The notes under the pieces are model-generated. The model was not told where the DNA came from. It was given only the letters and a program-made list of their open reading frames with translations, and made no database searches. This document shows, piece by piece, positions 30,248-41,176 of a DNA stretch of 64,000 nucleotides (its first letter is position 1; every line of letters starts with the position of its first letter). A program made the translations under genes and the position numbers. Origin of the DNA: an uncultured bacterium (GTDB lineage: Bacteria > Fidelibacterota > Marinisomatia > Marinisomatales > Marinisomataceae); the NCBI GenBank assembly GCA_905182795.1, contig CAJJCZ010000009.1:11437-75436 (forward strand), in the 5' to 3' direction.

Positions 30248-32335
30248 ATGTCTGCTGATTTAAAAACTGTAAGAAATATTGGAATTATGGCTCATGTAGA
30301 CGCTGGTAAAACAACTCTAACTGAGAGAATGTTATATTATGCTGGAAAAACTCATAAAATTGGTGAGGTGCATGATGGTGCTGCTACTATGGACTGGATG
30401 GCTCAAGAGCAAGAAAGAGGCATTACTATTACTTCAGCTGCAACTACTTTTTATTGGGATAAAAATCGTGTTAATCTAATTGATACTCCTGGTCACGTTG
30501 ATTTTACTATGGAAGTAGAAAGATCGTTAAGAGTTCTTGATGGTGCTGTTGCAGTATTTTGTGCAGTTGCTGGAGTAGAACCTCAAAGTGAGACAGTTTG
30601 GAGACAGGCAACAAAATATAACGTACCTAGAATTGCATTTATTAATAAAATGGATAGAACGGGTGCAGATTTTTATAACGCAATAGATACTATGAAAAAA
30701 CGCTTAGGCGCTAAACCGTTACCTGTTGCATTACCTATTGGTGATGGTGAAACTTTTAGAGGTATTATAGATTTAACTACTATGAAAGCTATTGAATATA
30801 ATGAAAGTACCCAAGGTGCTGAATTTGAATATATTGATATACCAGACGAATTATCAGAAGATGCAAACAAATGGAGAAATTTCTTAATTGAAGAAGTTGC
30901 TAGCTTTGAAGATGCATTAATGGAAAAATATTTAAATGAAGAAGAAATTTCTTCTGAAGAAATTAAAGCAGCTCTGAAAAAAGGATGCTTAGAAAATGCC
31001 TTTGTTCCTACTTTATGTGGTTCAGCCTTTAAAAATAAGGGAGTACAGAGAGTTTTAGACGCAGTTATTGATTTTTTACCATCTCCTGTAGATGTAGAAA
31101 GTATTGAAGGCTCTTCTGTTGATGATCCAGAAACAAAAATTATGATTAAAAACTCCACAGAAGGTCCATTTACTGCGCTTGCATTTAAAATTGCTACAGA
31201 TCCTTTTGTAGGTAAGCTTACATATATCAGAGTTTATTCTGGTACATTAAAAAAAGGATCTTTTTGTATCAATTCAAATACTGGAGATAAACAAAGAATC
31301 TCAAGAATTCTACAAATGCATGCAAATAAAAGAGAAGAATTAGAAGAAGTAAAAGCTGGAGAGATTGTAGCGGTAATTGGTTTAAAAAATGTCCGAACTG
31401 GGCATACATTATCAGAAAAAGGTGATGTAACGCTTGAATCTATGGAATTTCCAGAGCCAGTTGTTGCAGTTTCAATTGAACCTGTATCAAAAAGTGATCA
31501 AGATCAATTAGCAAAAGGAATGAATAAGCTAAGCGAAGAAGATCCTACTTTTAAAGTTAAAGTGGATAGTGAAACTGGTCAAACAGTCATATCAGGTATG
31601 GGAGAAGTTCATTTAGAAATAATTATCGATAGACTTAAAAGAGAATTTAATGTCAATGCTAATGTTGGAAAGCCTCAAGTTTCATTTAGGGAAGCGATTC
31701 AAAAATCTGTAGAAAAAGTTGATGAAAAATTTATCCGTCAATCTGGTGGTCGTGGTCAGTATGGTCATGTTGTTATTAATGTTAGACCAACAGAGCAAGG
31801 TGCTGGATATAAATTTATAAATAAGATTGTTGGTGGAGTTATTCCGAGAGAATATATTCCTGCAGTAGATGCTGGCATTCAAGAGCAATTAAAAAATGGT
31901 ATACTACATGGATATCCTATTCCTGATGTTGAAGTAGAACTTGTTTATGGATCTTACCATGATGTAGATTCTTCTGAAATTGCTTTTAAGGTAGCTGGTT
32001 CACGAGCAATTAGAACTGCTTGTAAGCAAGCAAGTCCAATATTAATGGAGCCAATTATGGCTGTAGAAGCAACTACTCCAGACGACTATCTTGGAGATGT
32101 AATTGGTGATATCAATTCTAGAAGAGGTAAAGTTGAAAGCATGGAACAGCAAGGAGCAAATCAAAGTATTAAAGCCGCTGTGCCATTAAGCGAAATGTTT
32201 GGCTATGCAACAGACTTAAGATCCCTTTCTCAAGGTAGAGCAAATTTTCATATGGACTTTCAGCAATATGCTAAAGTTCCAGTATCAGTAGAAGAAAAAT
32301 TAATGAAATCGCAATCAAAAAATGGAGCATCATAA
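30248..32335 (+). CDS. fusA: Elongation factor G
   Basis: [37 protein letters not shown]. Confidence 0.99.
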   Translation: MSADLKTVRNIGIMAHVDAGKTTLTERMLYYAGKTHKIGEVHDGAATMDWMAQEQERGITITSAATTFYWDKNRVNLIDTPGHVDFTMEVERSLRVLDGAVAVFCAVAGVEPQSETVWRQATKYNVPRIAFINKMDRTGADFYNAIDTMKKRLGAKPLPVALPIGDGETFRGIIDLTTMKAIEYNESTQGAEFEYIDIPDELSEDANKWRNFLIEEVASFEDALMEKYLNEEEISSEEIKAALKKGCLENAFVPTLCGSAFKNKGVQRVLDAVIDFLPSPVDVESIEGSSVDDPETKIMIKNSTEGPFTALAFKIATDPFVGKLTYIRVYSGTLKKGSFCINSNTGDKQRISRILQMHANKREELEEVKAGEIVAVIGLKNVRTGHTLSEKGDVTLESMEFPEPVVAVSIEPVSKSDQDQLAKGMNKLSEEDPTFKVKVDSETGQTVISGMGEVHLEIIIDRLKREFNVNANVGKPQVSFREAIQKSVEKVDEKFIRQSGGRGQYGHVVINVRPTEQGAGYKFINKIVGGVIPREYIPAVDAGIQEQLKNGILHGYPIPDVEVELVYGSYHDVDSSEIAFKVAGSRAIRTACKQASPILMEPIMAVEATTPDDYLGDVIGDINSRRGKVESMEQQGANQSIKAAVPLSEMFGYATDLRSLSQGRANFHMDFQQYAKVPVSVEEKLMKSQSKNGAS

Positions 32336-32643
32336 TGTCTAAAGATTTAATTAGAATATCTTTAAAAGCTTATGATCATAAGCTTTTAGACAAGTCTGCT
32401 GAAAAAATTATTAGAACGGCTAAGTCCACAGGTGCAATTATTTCTGGACCAATTCCTATGCCAACTAAGAGAACTGTATATACTGTATTGAGATCACCGT
32501 TTGTTAATAAAAAATCGCGTGAACAATTTCAAACAAAAGTACATAAAAGAGTTGTAGATATTGTGAATTCTACTCCAAAAACTGTTGAATCTTTAATGAA
32601 GCTAGACTTACCGGCTGGTGTAGATATCGAGATTAGAGGATAA
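32335..32643 (+). CDS. rpsJ: 30S ribosomal protein S10
   Basis: [20 protein letters not shown]. Confidence 0.98.
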   Translation: MSKDLIRISLKAYDHKLLDKSAEKIIRTAKSTGAIISGPIPMPTKRTVYTVLRSPFVNKKSREQFQTKVHKRVVDIVNSTPKTVESLMKLDLPAGVDIEIRG

Positions 32644-32645
32644 GT

Positions 32646-33266
32646 ATGTACGGATTGATAGGTAAAAAAGTTAAAATGTCACAGATCTTCAATGATCAAG
32701 GTCATGTAGTTCCAGTTACTTTAGTAGAAGCTGGTCCATGTGTTGTTTCTCAGATCAAGACCATTGATTCTGATGGATACAATTCTATACAGTTAGCTTT
32801 TGGTAAGAAGTCAAAAAGAAATACAAATAAACCTACAATAGGACATCTTAAAAAAGCAGATATTGAAAGTGCTAAAGTATTAGCTGAATTTGAATCATTA
32901 GATACTTTTGAATATAAATTAGGTCAAAAATTTGATTCTTCAATTTTTCATGTTGGAGAAATTGTTGATGTAAGAGCAAAATCGAAAGGTAAGGGTTTTG
33001 CCGGAGTTATTAAGAGACATAATTTTGCTACACAGGATGCTACTCACGGTAATAAACATACTCAGAGAGCTCCAGGTTCGATTGGACAAGCATCTTGGCC
33101 TTCAAGAGTGTTTAAGGGAATGAAAATGGCGGGTAGAAAAGGTTCTGGTAATGTTACCGCACAAAACCTTGAGATTGTAGATATCGATAAAGAAAATAAT
33201 TTATTATACGTTAAAGGAGCTATTCCTGGTCCAAATAATACACCAGTGTTTATCTTAAAAAAATGA
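32646..33266 (+). CDS. rplC: 50S ribosomal protein L3
   Basis: KGKGFAGVIKRH, RAPGSIG, RVFKGMKMAG. Confidence 0.98.
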   Translation: MYGLIGKKVKMSQIFNDQGHVVPVTLVEAGPCVVSQIKTIDSDGYNSIQLAFGKKSKRNTNKPTIGHLKKADIESAKVLAEFESLDTFEYKLGQKFDSSIFHVGEIVDVRAKSKGKGFAGVIKRHNFATQDATHGNKHTQRAPGSIGQASWPSRVFKGMKMAGRKGSGNVTAQNLEIVDIDKENNLLYVKGAIPGPNNTPVFILKK

Positions 33267-33883
33267 AAATTAAATCAATAGATAGTAGTAAAGATTACAG
33301 CTTAAGTGATTCAGTATTTAAAGTGCCGATGAACGACCAGGTTGTTTATCAGTGTGTTATAGCAGAATTAACTAATGCTAGACAAGGAACTAGGTCTACA
33401 AAAAATAGATCTGCAGTTTCTGGTGGTGGTAAAAAACCATTTAAGCAAAAAGGCACAGGTAATGCTAGACAGGGGACCATTAGATCTCCTTTGAATAGAG
33501 GTGGTGGTGTTATTTTTGGTCCTAGTCCAACATATTATTTTAAAAAAGTAAATGCTAAGACAAAAAAATTAGCTTTTAAATGCGTTTTGTCGGAAAAAGT
33601 TAAAAATGACGCTTTAAAAGTGATTGATTCAATAGAATTAACAACAAATAAAACAAAAGATTTTGTTGGATTTTTAGAATCTAATAGTCTAGCTAATAAA
33701 AAGGTAACAATTGTGGTATCTGATGTGAACGATAATTTAAGATTAGCATCAAGAAATATTGAGCATATAAAAATTGTAAAAGCATTATCATGTTCTGTGG
33801 CAGATTTAATGAATAATGATGCTTTACTATTCGATGCAAGTGCATTGGCTTTGATTTCAGAAAGATTTGGAGATAAGAAATAA
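33263..33883 (+). CDS. rplD: 50S ribosomal protein L4
   Basis: GGGKKPFKQKGTGNARQG.IRSP. Confidence 0.98.
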   Translation: MKIKSIDSSKDYSLSDSVFKVPMNDQVVYQCVIAELTNARQGTRSTKNRSAVSGGGKKPFKQKGTGNARQGTIRSPLNRGGGVIFGPSPTYYFKKVNAKTKKLAFKCVLSEKVKNDALKVIDSIELTTNKTKDFVGFLESNSLANKKVTIVVSDVNDNLRLASRNIEHIKIVKALSCSVADLMNNDALLFDASALALISERFGDKK

Positions 33884-33885
33884 TT

Positions 33886-34197
33886 ATGAGTCATTTTTCA
33901 CAAATTTTAATTCGTCCAATAGTGACAGAAAAAATGACATCTCTTCAAGAGTCTCAAAATAAGTACGCATTTGAAGTCCCTTTAGAAGTAAATAAAATTG
34001 ATATTAAGAAGGCTGTAGAAGAAAAATTTAAAGTTAAAGTCCTTAAAGTTGCTGTAAGCAATCGAAAAGGTAAGGCTAAGCAGATGACTGTAAAAAGCAA
34101 TGGAAGAACAATTAGAACAAATGGATATACTAAACTAAAAAAGAGAGCTCTTGTAACACTCGTAGAGGGTTATAACATAGACTTATTTGGTGTGTAA
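33886..34197 (+). CDS. rplW: 50S ribosomal protein L23
   Basis: RPIVTEK, NK.DIKKAVEEKF.VKV. Confidence 0.96.
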   Translation: MSHFSQILIRPIVTEKMTSLQESQNKYAFEVPLEVNKIDIKKAVEEKFKVKVLKVAVSNRKGKAKQMTVKSNGRTIRTNGYTKLKKRALVTLVEGYNIDLFGV

Positions 34198-34206
34198 ATA
34201 TAAATT

Positions 34207-35034
34207 ATGGCAATAAGACAATTAAAACCAGTTACCCCAGCTTCAAGATTCACTTCTAAGCCAGATTTTTCTGAAATTACTGTTAGTAAGCCTGAAAAAT
34301 CATTGGTCAGAAAATTAAATAAGACTGGCGGTAGAAATAATAGAGGTCGTATTACTTCTCGTAGAAGAGGTGGTGGGCATAAACGTAGCTATAGATTAAT
34401 AGATTTTAAAAGAAATAAATTTAATATTGATGGTAAAGTAGCAACTATTGAGTACGATCCAAATAGAAGTGCATTTATTGCATTAATTCACTATGTAGAT
34501 GGAGAAAAAAGATACATCGTACAACCAGACGGTTTAAAGGTTGGAGATGTGATAGTTTCTTCAGAAAAAGCAGAATTAAAAACTGGTAATGCTATGCAAT
34601 TAAAAAATATTCCATCAGGTCAATTTGTACATAATATTGAATTATTCCCTGGTAAAGGGGCGCAAATGGCTAGAAGTGCAGGAACATATGTCCAAGTAAT
34701 GGCTCATGACAATAACTATGTAACACTAAAAATGCCATCTGGAGAAGTTCGAATGGTTCTAGATAAATGTTTAGCTACAATTGGTGTAGTTGGTAATAAG
34801 CAGCATGAATTAGTGCGTTCAGGTAAAGCAGGTCGATCAAGATGGCTTGGAAAACGTCCTAAAGTTAGAGGTGTAGCAATGAATCCTGTTGATCACCCTC
34901 ATGGTGGTGGAGAAGGTAAGAGTTCAGGTGGAAGACATCCAGTGTCTCCTTGGGGTCAACCTACTAAAGGTTTTAAGACTAGAAAGAAAAAGAAGAAGTC
35001 AAATGCTCTAATAGTAAAAAGGAGAAATGATTAA
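34207..35034 (+). CDS. rplB: 50S ribosomal protein L2
   Basis: [25 protein letters not shown]. Confidence 0.99.
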   Translation: MAIRQLKPVTPASRFTSKPDFSEITVSKPEKSLVRKLNKTGGRNNRGRITSRRRGGGHKRSYRLIDFKRNKFNIDGKVATIEYDPNRSAFIALIHYVDGEKRYIVQPDGLKVGDVIVSSEKAELKTGNAMQLKNIPSGQFVHNIELFPGKGAQMARSAGTYVQVMAHDNNYVTLKMPSGEVRMVLDKCLATIGVVGNKQHELVRSGKAGRSRWLGKRPKVRGVAMNPVDHPHGGGEGKSSGGRHPVSPWGQPTKGFKTRKKKKKSNALIVKRRND

Positions 35035-35303
35035 TGTCTAGATCTGTTAGAAAAGGGCCTCATATTGATGTCAAATTATTAAAAAAAGTTGATAAAATGA
35101 ACGGTTCAGCAAAGAAAGGTGCTATCAAAACATGGGCAAGAAATTCTGTAATTGTACCAGATTTTGTAGGACATACTTTTGCTGTACATAATGGCAATAA
35201 ATTTATACCTGTTTTTATTACAGAGAATATGGTCGGTCATAAATTAGGAGAATTTTCTCCTACAAGAACATTTAGAATGCATTCAGGAGATAGGAAGAAA
35301 TAA
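35034..35303 (+). CDS. rpsS: 30S ribosomal protein S19
   Basis: [13 protein letters not shown]. Confidence 0.98.
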   Translation: MSRSVRKGPHIDVKLLKKVDKMNGSAKKGAIKTWARNSVIVPDFVGHTFAVHNGNKFIPVFITENMVGHKLGEFSPTRTFRMHSGDRKK

Positions 35304-35635
35304 TGGATATTACTTCAAGATGTAACAGTGTAAAACATTCGCCAAAAAAGCTAAGAAAAGTAGCTAATTGTGTGCGTGGATTAAATGTAAATAAGGCATT
35401 ATCTTCTTTAAGACATATGGATGAAAAGGGTGCGCAAATTATTGAAAATACATTATCTTCTGCTATTGCTAATGCTGGAAATACAGAAAATTTTGATAAA
35501 GATATGAATGAAGTTATAATAAAGACTATCACTGTAGATGAAGGTCCATCACAAAAAAGATTTAGAGCGAGAGCTCAAGGTAGAGCAAATAAGATTATAA
35601 AGAGAACAAGTCACTTAAAAATAGTTATAGGATAA
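35303..35635 (+). CDS. rplV: 50S ribosomal protein L22
   Basis: SPKK.R.VA, RARAQGRA, KRTSH. Confidence 0.97.
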   Translation: MDITSRCNSVKHSPKKLRKVANCVRGLNVNKALSSLRHMDEKGAQIIENTLSSAIANAGNTENFDKDMNEVIIKTITVDEGPSQKRFRARAQGRANKIIKRTSHLKIVIG

Positions 35636-35638
35636 TTA

Positions 35639-36277
35639 ATGGGACAGAAAACACATCCAGTAGGTTTAAGATTACAGCTCACTAAGAATTGGAGCTCTAA
35701 TTGGTTTCCAAAGAAAGGTGCTTATGCGACTGATCTTGCAGAAGACATTAAATTGAGAAAATATTTAAAAAAGAGATTGCAAGACGCTTCAGTTGCAGGG
35801 GTTAATATTGAAAGAACTTCACAAGCAATTACTGTTACTATTCATACAGCTAGACCTGGTATTGTTATTGGTCGAGGTGGAGAAGAGGTTTCAAGACTTA
35901 AAAAAGAAGTTTCAAAGCTGTGTAATACGGATGATATTCATTTGAATATAAGTGAAGTAAAAAGACCTGAATTAAATGCAGAGTTAGTAGGTCAAAATAT
36001 TGCTAATCAATTAATAAAGAAAATGGCTTACAGAAGAGTTATGAATAAAACTATGCAATCTACCATGAGAATGGGAGCAGAAGGCATTAGAGTTAATGTC
36101 GCTGGAAGATTGGGTGGAAGTGAAATTGCTAGATCTGAAAGATTTATGGATGGTAGAGTTCCATTGCATACTCTTAGAGCAGATATTGACTATGCTCTAG
36201 TAGAGGCTCATACAACATATGGTATTATAGGAATTAAAGTTTGGATTTGTAATGGATTTTCAAAGGCTAAAAAATAA
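35639..36277 (+). CDS. rpsC: 30S ribosomal protein S3
   Basis: [26 protein letters not shown]. Confidence 0.98.
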   Translation: MGQKTHPVGLRLQLTKNWSSNWFPKKGAYATDLAEDIKLRKYLKKRLQDASVAGVNIERTSQAITVTIHTARPGIVIGRGGEEVSRLKKEVSKLCNTDDIHLNISEVKRPELNAELVGQNIANQLIKKMAYRRVMNKTMQSTMRMGAEGIRVNVAGRLGGSEIARSERFMDGRVPLHTLRADIDYALVEAHTTYGIIGIKVWICNGFSKAKK

Positions 36278-36699
36278 TGTTAGAACCTAAAAAAATTAAA
36301 TATAGAAAAGTCCACAGAGGTAATCGAAAAGGTATGGCAAAAGGTGGTACTGAAGTCAGTTTTGGTAGCTATGGATTAAAAGCAATGGAATCAGGCTGGG
36401 TTACAGCCAGACAAATTGAGGCTACTAGAATTTCAATATCTAGACGAGTAAGAAAGTTAGGTAGAATGTGGATTAGGATTTTTCCAGATAAGCCAATTAC
36501 AGCAAAGCCAATGGAAACAAGAATGGGTAAAGGAAAAGGATCTCCAGAATATTGGGTAGCAAATGTAAGACCTGGTAGGATTTTATTTGAAGTAGAGGGT
36601 ATTCCTAAAGATGTAGCCCAAGAAGCATTTAGAATTGCTGGAAATAAATTAGCAATCAAAACAAAATTAGTTGCAAAAAGAGGATTACATGAAGATTAA
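36277..36699 (+). CDS. rplP: 50S ribosomal protein L16
   Basis: [16 protein letters not shown]. Confidence 0.98.
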   Translation: MLEPKKIKYRKVHRGNRKGMAKGGTEVSFGSYGLKAMESGWVTARQIEATRISISRRVRKLGRMWIRIFPDKPITAKPMETRMGKGKGSPEYWVANVRPGRILFEVEGIPKDVAQEAFRIAGNKLAIKTKLVAKRGLHED

Positions 36700-36898
36700 T
36701 GACTTAAGAAAATTGTCTGATAAAGATTTATTGTCACGTTTAACTGATAATAGAGAAAGCTTACAAAAATGTCGCTTTCAAAAATCAATTCAACAATTAG
36801 AGGATTATAAAGTATTGTCTGACCTAAGAAAAGAGAATGCTAGAATTAATACTATATTAAAAGAAAAAACCTTAGATAAGGGAAATATTGATGGATAG
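36689..36898 (+). CDS. rpmC: 50S ribosomal protein L29
   Basis: [10 protein letters not shown]..., RK..ARINT; start moved to ATG 36689. Confidence 0.92.
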   Translation: MKINDLRKLSDKDLLSRLTDNRESLQKCRFQKSIQQLEDYKVLSDLRKENARINTILKEKTLDKGNIDG

Positions 36899-37145
36899 AA
36901 ATACGCAAAAATTAGTGGGCACAGTTGTTTCTGATGCTATGGATAAAACTGTAGTAGTTAGTGTAGATAGGCTTGTGAAGCATAAGCTTTATAAAAAATA
37001 TATGAAAAGATCAAAGAAATATTATGCTCATGATGAAAATAATACCTTTAAAAAAGGTGATATAGTAGAGCTTTTAGCGAATAAGCCTTTAAGTAAATTA
37101 AAAAGATGGCGTACATCTAAATTAGTTAAGAACGGAAATAAATAG
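36888..37145 (+). CDS. rpsQ: 30S ribosomal protein S17
   Basis: [21 protein letters not shown]; start may be the second ATG at 36891. Confidence 0.96.
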   Translation: MMDRNTQKLVGTVVSDAMDKTVVVSVDRLVKHKLYKKYMKRSKKYYAHDENNTFKKGDIVELLANKPLSKLKRWRTSKLVKNGNK

Positions 37146-37513
37146 TGGTACAAGCAGAAACAAGATTAAAAGTAGCTGATAACTCTGGAGCAAAAATAGT
37201 ACAATGCTTTAAAGTTTTGGGTGGATCAAAAAAGAGATATGCTAGTATCGGTGATGTTATTGTAGTAGCTGTTAAATCTTCTACTCCTGGTGGCATGGTT
37301 AAAAAAGGAGAGGTTGCTCGAGCTGTAGTAGTTAGAGTAAAGAAAGAAGTAAGAAGAAAAGATGGGTCTTATATTAGATTCGATGATAATGCCGCAGTTA
37401 TTTTAAATGCTCAAAATGAACCAAAAGGCACTAGAATATTTGGTCCAGTAGCAAGAGAATTAAGAGAAGGTGGTTATATGAAAATTATTTCAATGGCACC
37501 GGAGGTTTTATAA
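37145..37513 (+). CDS. rplN: 50S ribosomal protein L14
   Basis: [20 protein letters not shown]; GTG start. Confidence 0.98.
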   Translation: MVQAETRLKVADNSGAKIVQCFKVLGGSKKRYASIGDVIVVAVKSSTPGGMVKKGEVARAVVVRVKKEVRRKDGSYIRFDDNAAVILNAQNEPKGTRIFGPVARELREGGYMKIISMAPEVL

Positions 37514-37818
37514 TGAAAATTAAGAAAAATATGATGGTAAAAGTAGTAGCTGGAAACTTTAAAGGACTTTCAGGTAAAGTGCTTAAGGTTATACCTGAAA
37601 ATCAAAGAGCTTATGTTGAGGGAGTTGCTTTAACAAAAAGAACTCTAAAGCCTTCTCAGGAAAATCCAAAAGGCGGATTTACAGAAAGAGAAAGATCTTT
37701 GCATGTTTCAAATTTAATGGCTTTAGAGAGCGATAAAGCTTCTAGAATTGGATTTAAAGTATTGGAAGATAAATCAAAAGTAAGAGTTTCAAAAAGATCT
37801 GGTAAGGAATTAGGTTAA
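37513..37818 (+). CDS. rplX: 50S ribosomal protein L24
   Basis: KOW motif, LHVSNL. Confidence 0.96.
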   Translation: MKIKKNMMVKVVAGNFKGLSGKVLKVIPENQRAYVEGVALTKRTLKPSQENPKGGFTERERSLHVSNLMALESDKASRIGFKVLEDKSKVRVSKRSGKELG

Positions 37819-37823
37819 AATCC

Positions 37824-38411
37824 ATGGCAACAAATTATAAGAAAAAATATTTAGATGAAGTTAGACCTCATTTGATGAAGGCTTTTAATTTAAGTACTGT
37901 TATGCAAGTACCTAAAATTGAAAAAATTACATTAAATATTGGTTTAGGTAATGCAAAAGAGAATAAGAAAGCTCTACAATCAGCTCTCGATGAACTAATG
38001 TTGATTACTGGTCAAAAACCAGTTATTACAAAAGCAAAAAAAGATGTTTCTAATTTTAAAATTAGAAAAGGCTTTCCTGTTGGATGTAAGGTCACTTTAC
38101 GTAGAGAGCATATGTATGAATTTTTAGAAAGATTATGTGCAGTTGCTCTTCCGAGAACAAGAGATTTCAGAGGATTGTCTAATAAGTCATTTGATGGGCA
38201 AGGTAACTACAGTTTTGGAATTAAAGAGCAAATTGTATTTGCAGAAATTGACTATGATAAGGTTGATTCTATTACAGGAATGGATGTTATCATTACTACA
38301 TCAGCTGATAATGATGAAATATCTTATGAGTTGTTACGATCTATGGGAATGCCAATTAGAGAGAAAAAAGTATTAACAGATAATAACTTAGACAAGGAAG
38401 ATAATGGCTAA
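37824..38411 (+). CDS. rplE: 50S ribosomal protein L5
   Basis: [21 protein letters not shown]. Confidence 0.98.
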   Translation: MATNYKKKYLDEVRPHLMKAFNLSTVMQVPKIEKITLNIGLGNAKENKKALQSALDELMLITGQKPVITKAKKDVSNFKIRKGFPVGCKVTLRREHMYEFLERLCAVALPRTRDFRGLSNKSFDGQGNYSFGIKEQIVFAEIDYDKVDSITGMDVIITTSADNDEISYELLRSMGMPIREKKVLTDNNLDKEDNG

Positions 38412-38709
38412 AAAATCTAAAGTTGTAAGAGAAAATCACTTAATGAAAAAAGTTAAAAAATATGATGCTCTAAGAACAGAGTTAAGAGGTTTAATTAAAA
38501 ATATTAATACTCCAGAAGATGAAAAAATGAAAGCTATAGAGAGGCTTCAAAAGCTTCCTAGAAGTTCAAGTCGTACTCGTTTAACCAATAGATGTGCGGT
38601 ATCTGGAAGACCAACAGGTTATATGAGAAAATTTGGTTTATCAAGAATAACTTTTAGAGAATTAGCGTTAAAAGGTGAACTGCCTGGCGTAACTAAGGCC
38701 AGTTGGTAA
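38404..38709 (+). CDS. rpsN: 30S ribosomal protein S14, long zinc-free form
   Basis: 101 aa; NRCAVSGRP...FGLSRI.FRELA..G.LPGV.KASW. Confidence 0.97.
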   Translation: MAKKSKVVRENHLMKKVKKYDALRTELRGLIKNINTPEDEKMKAIERLQKLPRSSSRTRLTNRCAVSGRPTGYMRKFGLSRITFRELALKGELPGVTKASW

Positions 38710-38721
38710 GGAGAATATTTT

Positions 38722-39120
38722 ATGTCAATGACAGATCCAATAGCAGATTTTTGTACAAGAATAAGAAACGGTTATTCATCTCAAAAGAGATGGGTAGACG
38801 TACCTTCTTCACTTCTGAAAAAAAGAATAGCAGTTGTATTGAAGGAAGAAGGGTATATCGATAATGTTGTTTTTGTAAGCAAGGAAGATAAGAAAGAAGA
38901 TATTAGAGTATTTTTGAGATATCACAACGAATCTCCAGCAATTACAACAATTGAAAAAATTAGTAAACCTGGAAAAAGAGTTTATGTAGCATCGGATGAA
39001 ATTCCTAGAGTATTGAATGGATTAGGAATTAGTGTAATCTCATCTTCAAAAGGTGTGATTAGTAATAAAGTAGCAAGAGAATTAAAAGTTGGAGGAGAGT
39101 TGCTTTGCAACGTTTGGTAA
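38722..39120 (+). CDS. rpsH: 30S ribosomal protein S8
   Basis: TDPIAD..TRIRN, SKPG.RVY, GGE. Confidence 0.98.
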   Translation: MSMTDPIADFCTRIRNGYSSQKRWVDVPSSLLKKRIAVVLKEEGYIDNVVFVSKEDKKEDIRVFLRYHNESPAITTIEKISKPGKRVYVASDEIPRVLNGLGISVISSSKGVISNKVARELKVGGELLCNVW

Positions 39121-39121
39121 T

Positions 39122-39673
39122 ATGTCAAGAATAGGAAATAACGTAATTAGAATACCAGAAGGTGTAAAAATAGAAAATAATACTCAGCACCTATCAGTGA
39201 CAGGGCCTAAGGGTCAATTGTCAGTTGATATTTGCGAAGAAGTAACAATAAAAATTGAAGATAATGGCGTCTCTGTATCAAGAAAAGCAGAAGACAAAGT
39301 TTCAAGATCTATGCATGGTACAACCAGACAATTGATTTCTAATGCTGTTGAAGGAGTTACTAATGGATTCTCTAAGCATTTAGAAATTATAGGAGTTGGT
39401 TATAATGCTAAATCTCAAAATAATAGAGTGATTTTACAATTAGGTTTTTCTCATGATATTATTTTTGATTTACCTGAAGGTATTGAAGCAATTTCTGAAG
39501 GTAAGAAAAATGAAAAATTGGAGATTAAAGGTATAAGTAAACAAGTTGTAGGTCAAGTAGCTGCAAAAATAAGATCTCTAAGAAAGCCTGAGCCTTACAA
39601 AGGAAAAGGAATTAGATATAAAGATGAATATGTTCGTTCAAAACAAGGTAAAACTGTTGGAGGGGGCGACTAA
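39122..39673 (+). CDS. rplF: 50S ribosomal protein L6
   Basis: MSRIG start at 39122; RKPEPYKGKGIRY. Confidence 0.98.
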   Translation: MSRIGNNVIRIPEGVKIENNTQHLSVTGPKGQLSVDICEEVTIKIEDNGVSVSRKAEDKVSRSMHGTTRQLISNAVEGVTNGFSKHLEIIGVGYNAKSQNNRVILQLGFSHDIIFDLPEGIEAISEGKKNEKLEIKGISKQVVGQVAAKIRSLRKPEPYKGKGIRYKDEYVRSKQGKTVGGGD

Positions 39674-40033
39674 ATGAGAAAGTTAAAATTAAAAAAAGAA
39701 CAATACTTAAGAAGAAGAAAAAGATCAAAAAAACCTTTTCCAGTAAAAGGCGATTATAGGTTGTGTGTTTATAAGAGCGCTAGACATATAGAAGCACAAA
39801 TTATTGATGATTTTAATCAGACTACTTTAGTAGCTGCTTCTTCAAAAGAAAAGGCTTATGCAAAAGAGAAGGTTAATAAAACTGAATTAGCATCACTTAT
39901 TGGAAAGTCTTTATCTGAGAGAGCAAAAGTTAAAAAAGTTAAAAAAGTATACTTTGATAGAAACGGTTTTAGATATCACGGAAGAGTGAAATCTTTTGCC
40001 GAAGCTTCTAGAAAAGGTGGACTAGAATTTTAA
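39674..40033 (+). CDS. rplR: 50S ribosomal protein L18
   Basis: FDRNGFRYHGRVK, GGLEF. Confidence 0.97.
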   Translation: MRKLKLKKEQYLRRRKRSKKPFPVKGDYRLCVYKSARHIEAQIIDDFNQTTLVAASSKEKAYAKEKVNKTELASLIGKSLSERAKVKKVKKVYFDRNGFRYHGRVKSFAEASRKGGLEF

Positions 40034-40046
40034 AATTGGAGAATAA

Positions 40047-40553
40047 ATGAGTATGATTAACTATTCAGAACTGGATTTAAAAGAAGAATCCGTTATAAGA
40101 ATTAACAGAGTTGCAAAAGTTAATTCTCGCGGAAAAAGATTCAGCTTTTCAACTTTGGTTGTTATCGGAGACGGTAAAAACCATGTTGGTATTGGATCAG
40201 GAAAAGCTAATGAAGTGGTTGTATCAATCACTAAAGCTAAAGATGATGCAAAGCAAAATCTAGTTAAGGTTCCTGTGTACAATTATACTATTCCCCATGA
40301 GATTATAGGTAAACATGGTGCAAGTAGAGTATTGTTAAAGCCAGCCCCATTCGGAACAGGTATTATAGCCGGCGCCGGAGTAAGATTGATTATGGAACAG
40401 GTTGGTATCAATAACATTTATTCAAAAGTTCTAGGATCACATAACCCTATGAATGTTGCTAAAGCTGTAATGAATGCTTTAACAAGTTTGCAGGATGTTA
40501 GAGTTGTTGCTAAGAAAAGAGGCAAAACACCACAAACATTATTCGAGATTTAA
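40047..40553 (+). CDS. rpsE: 30S ribosomal protein S5
   Basis: INRVAKV, KPAP.GTGIIAG. Confidence 0.97.
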   Translation: MSMINYSELDLKEESVIRINRVAKVNSRGKRFSFSTLVVIGDGKNHVGIGSGKANEVVVSITKAKDDAKQNLVKVPVYNYTIPHEIIGKHGASRVLLKPAPFGTGIIAGAGVRLIMEQVGINNIYSKVLGSHNPMNVAKAVMNALTSLQDVRVVAKKRGKTPQTLFEI

Positions 40554-40556
40554 AAA

Positions 40557-40745
40557 ATGGCTAAAAAACAAATTAAAATTACACAAATCAAAAGTAGAAT
40601 TGGTTACTCAAAAAAAGCTAAAGCTACTCTTGATGCATTAGGTCTTAGAAGAATGAATAAAACAGTTGTTCTAGATCTAAATGATGCAATAAATGGAATG
40701 GTAAAAAAGATAGATTATCTAGTTAAGGTTGAGGAAGTAAAATAA
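40557..40745 (+). CDS. rpmD: 50S ribosomal protein L30
   Basis: KITQIKS.IG, TL.ALGL, NGM. Confidence 0.96.
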   Translation: MAKKQIKITQIKSRIGYSKKAKATLDALGLRRMNKTVVLDLNDAINGMVKKIDYLVKVEEVK

Positions 40746-41176
40746 TGAAATTAGTAAAACCTATTAAAGCTACAAAAAACTCTAAGAGAGTTGGTAGAGG
40801 ACCCGGTTCTGGTTTAGGAAAAACTGCCGGAAGAGGTCATAATGGAGCAGGATCAAGAAGTGGTTTTAAGCACAGATATTGGTTTGAAGGAGGTCAAGTA
40901 CCTCTTCATAGAAGAGTTCCAACTAGAGGATTTAATAATTCTAATTTTGCAAAGTCATATGAAATTGTAAACCTTTCTCAAATTGCTAAAATTAAATCAA
41001 AGAAGATTGATTCCGAGGTTTTATTAGCAAAAGGATTAATCTCTTCAAATTTTGTTGCTGTAAAAATTCTTGGTAATGGAGATATTGATAAAGCTTACAA
41101 TGTTACTGCATCAGCATTTAGTGCATCTGCAGTTAAGAAAATTGAAGAAGCAGGTGGAAAGGTTACCGTTCAGTGA
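40745..41176 (+). CDS. rplO: 50S ribosomal protein L15
   Basis: RVGRG.GSG.GKTAGRG, FEGGQ.PL. Confidence 0.98.
   Translation: MKLVKPIKATKNSKRVGRGPGSGLGKTAGRGHNGAGSRSGFKHRYWFEGGQVPLHRRVPTRGFNNSNFAKSYEIVNLSQIAKIKSKKIDSEVLLAKGLISSNFVAVKILGNGDIDKAYNVTASAFSASAVKKIEEAGGKVTVQ

Noticed and set aside
30673-31158. 161-aa antisense ORF in fusA and the many other short minus-strand ORFs in the track
   Set aside because: All lie opposite well-conserved genes, have S/F/I/L-rich antisense composition and show no recognisable motifs.
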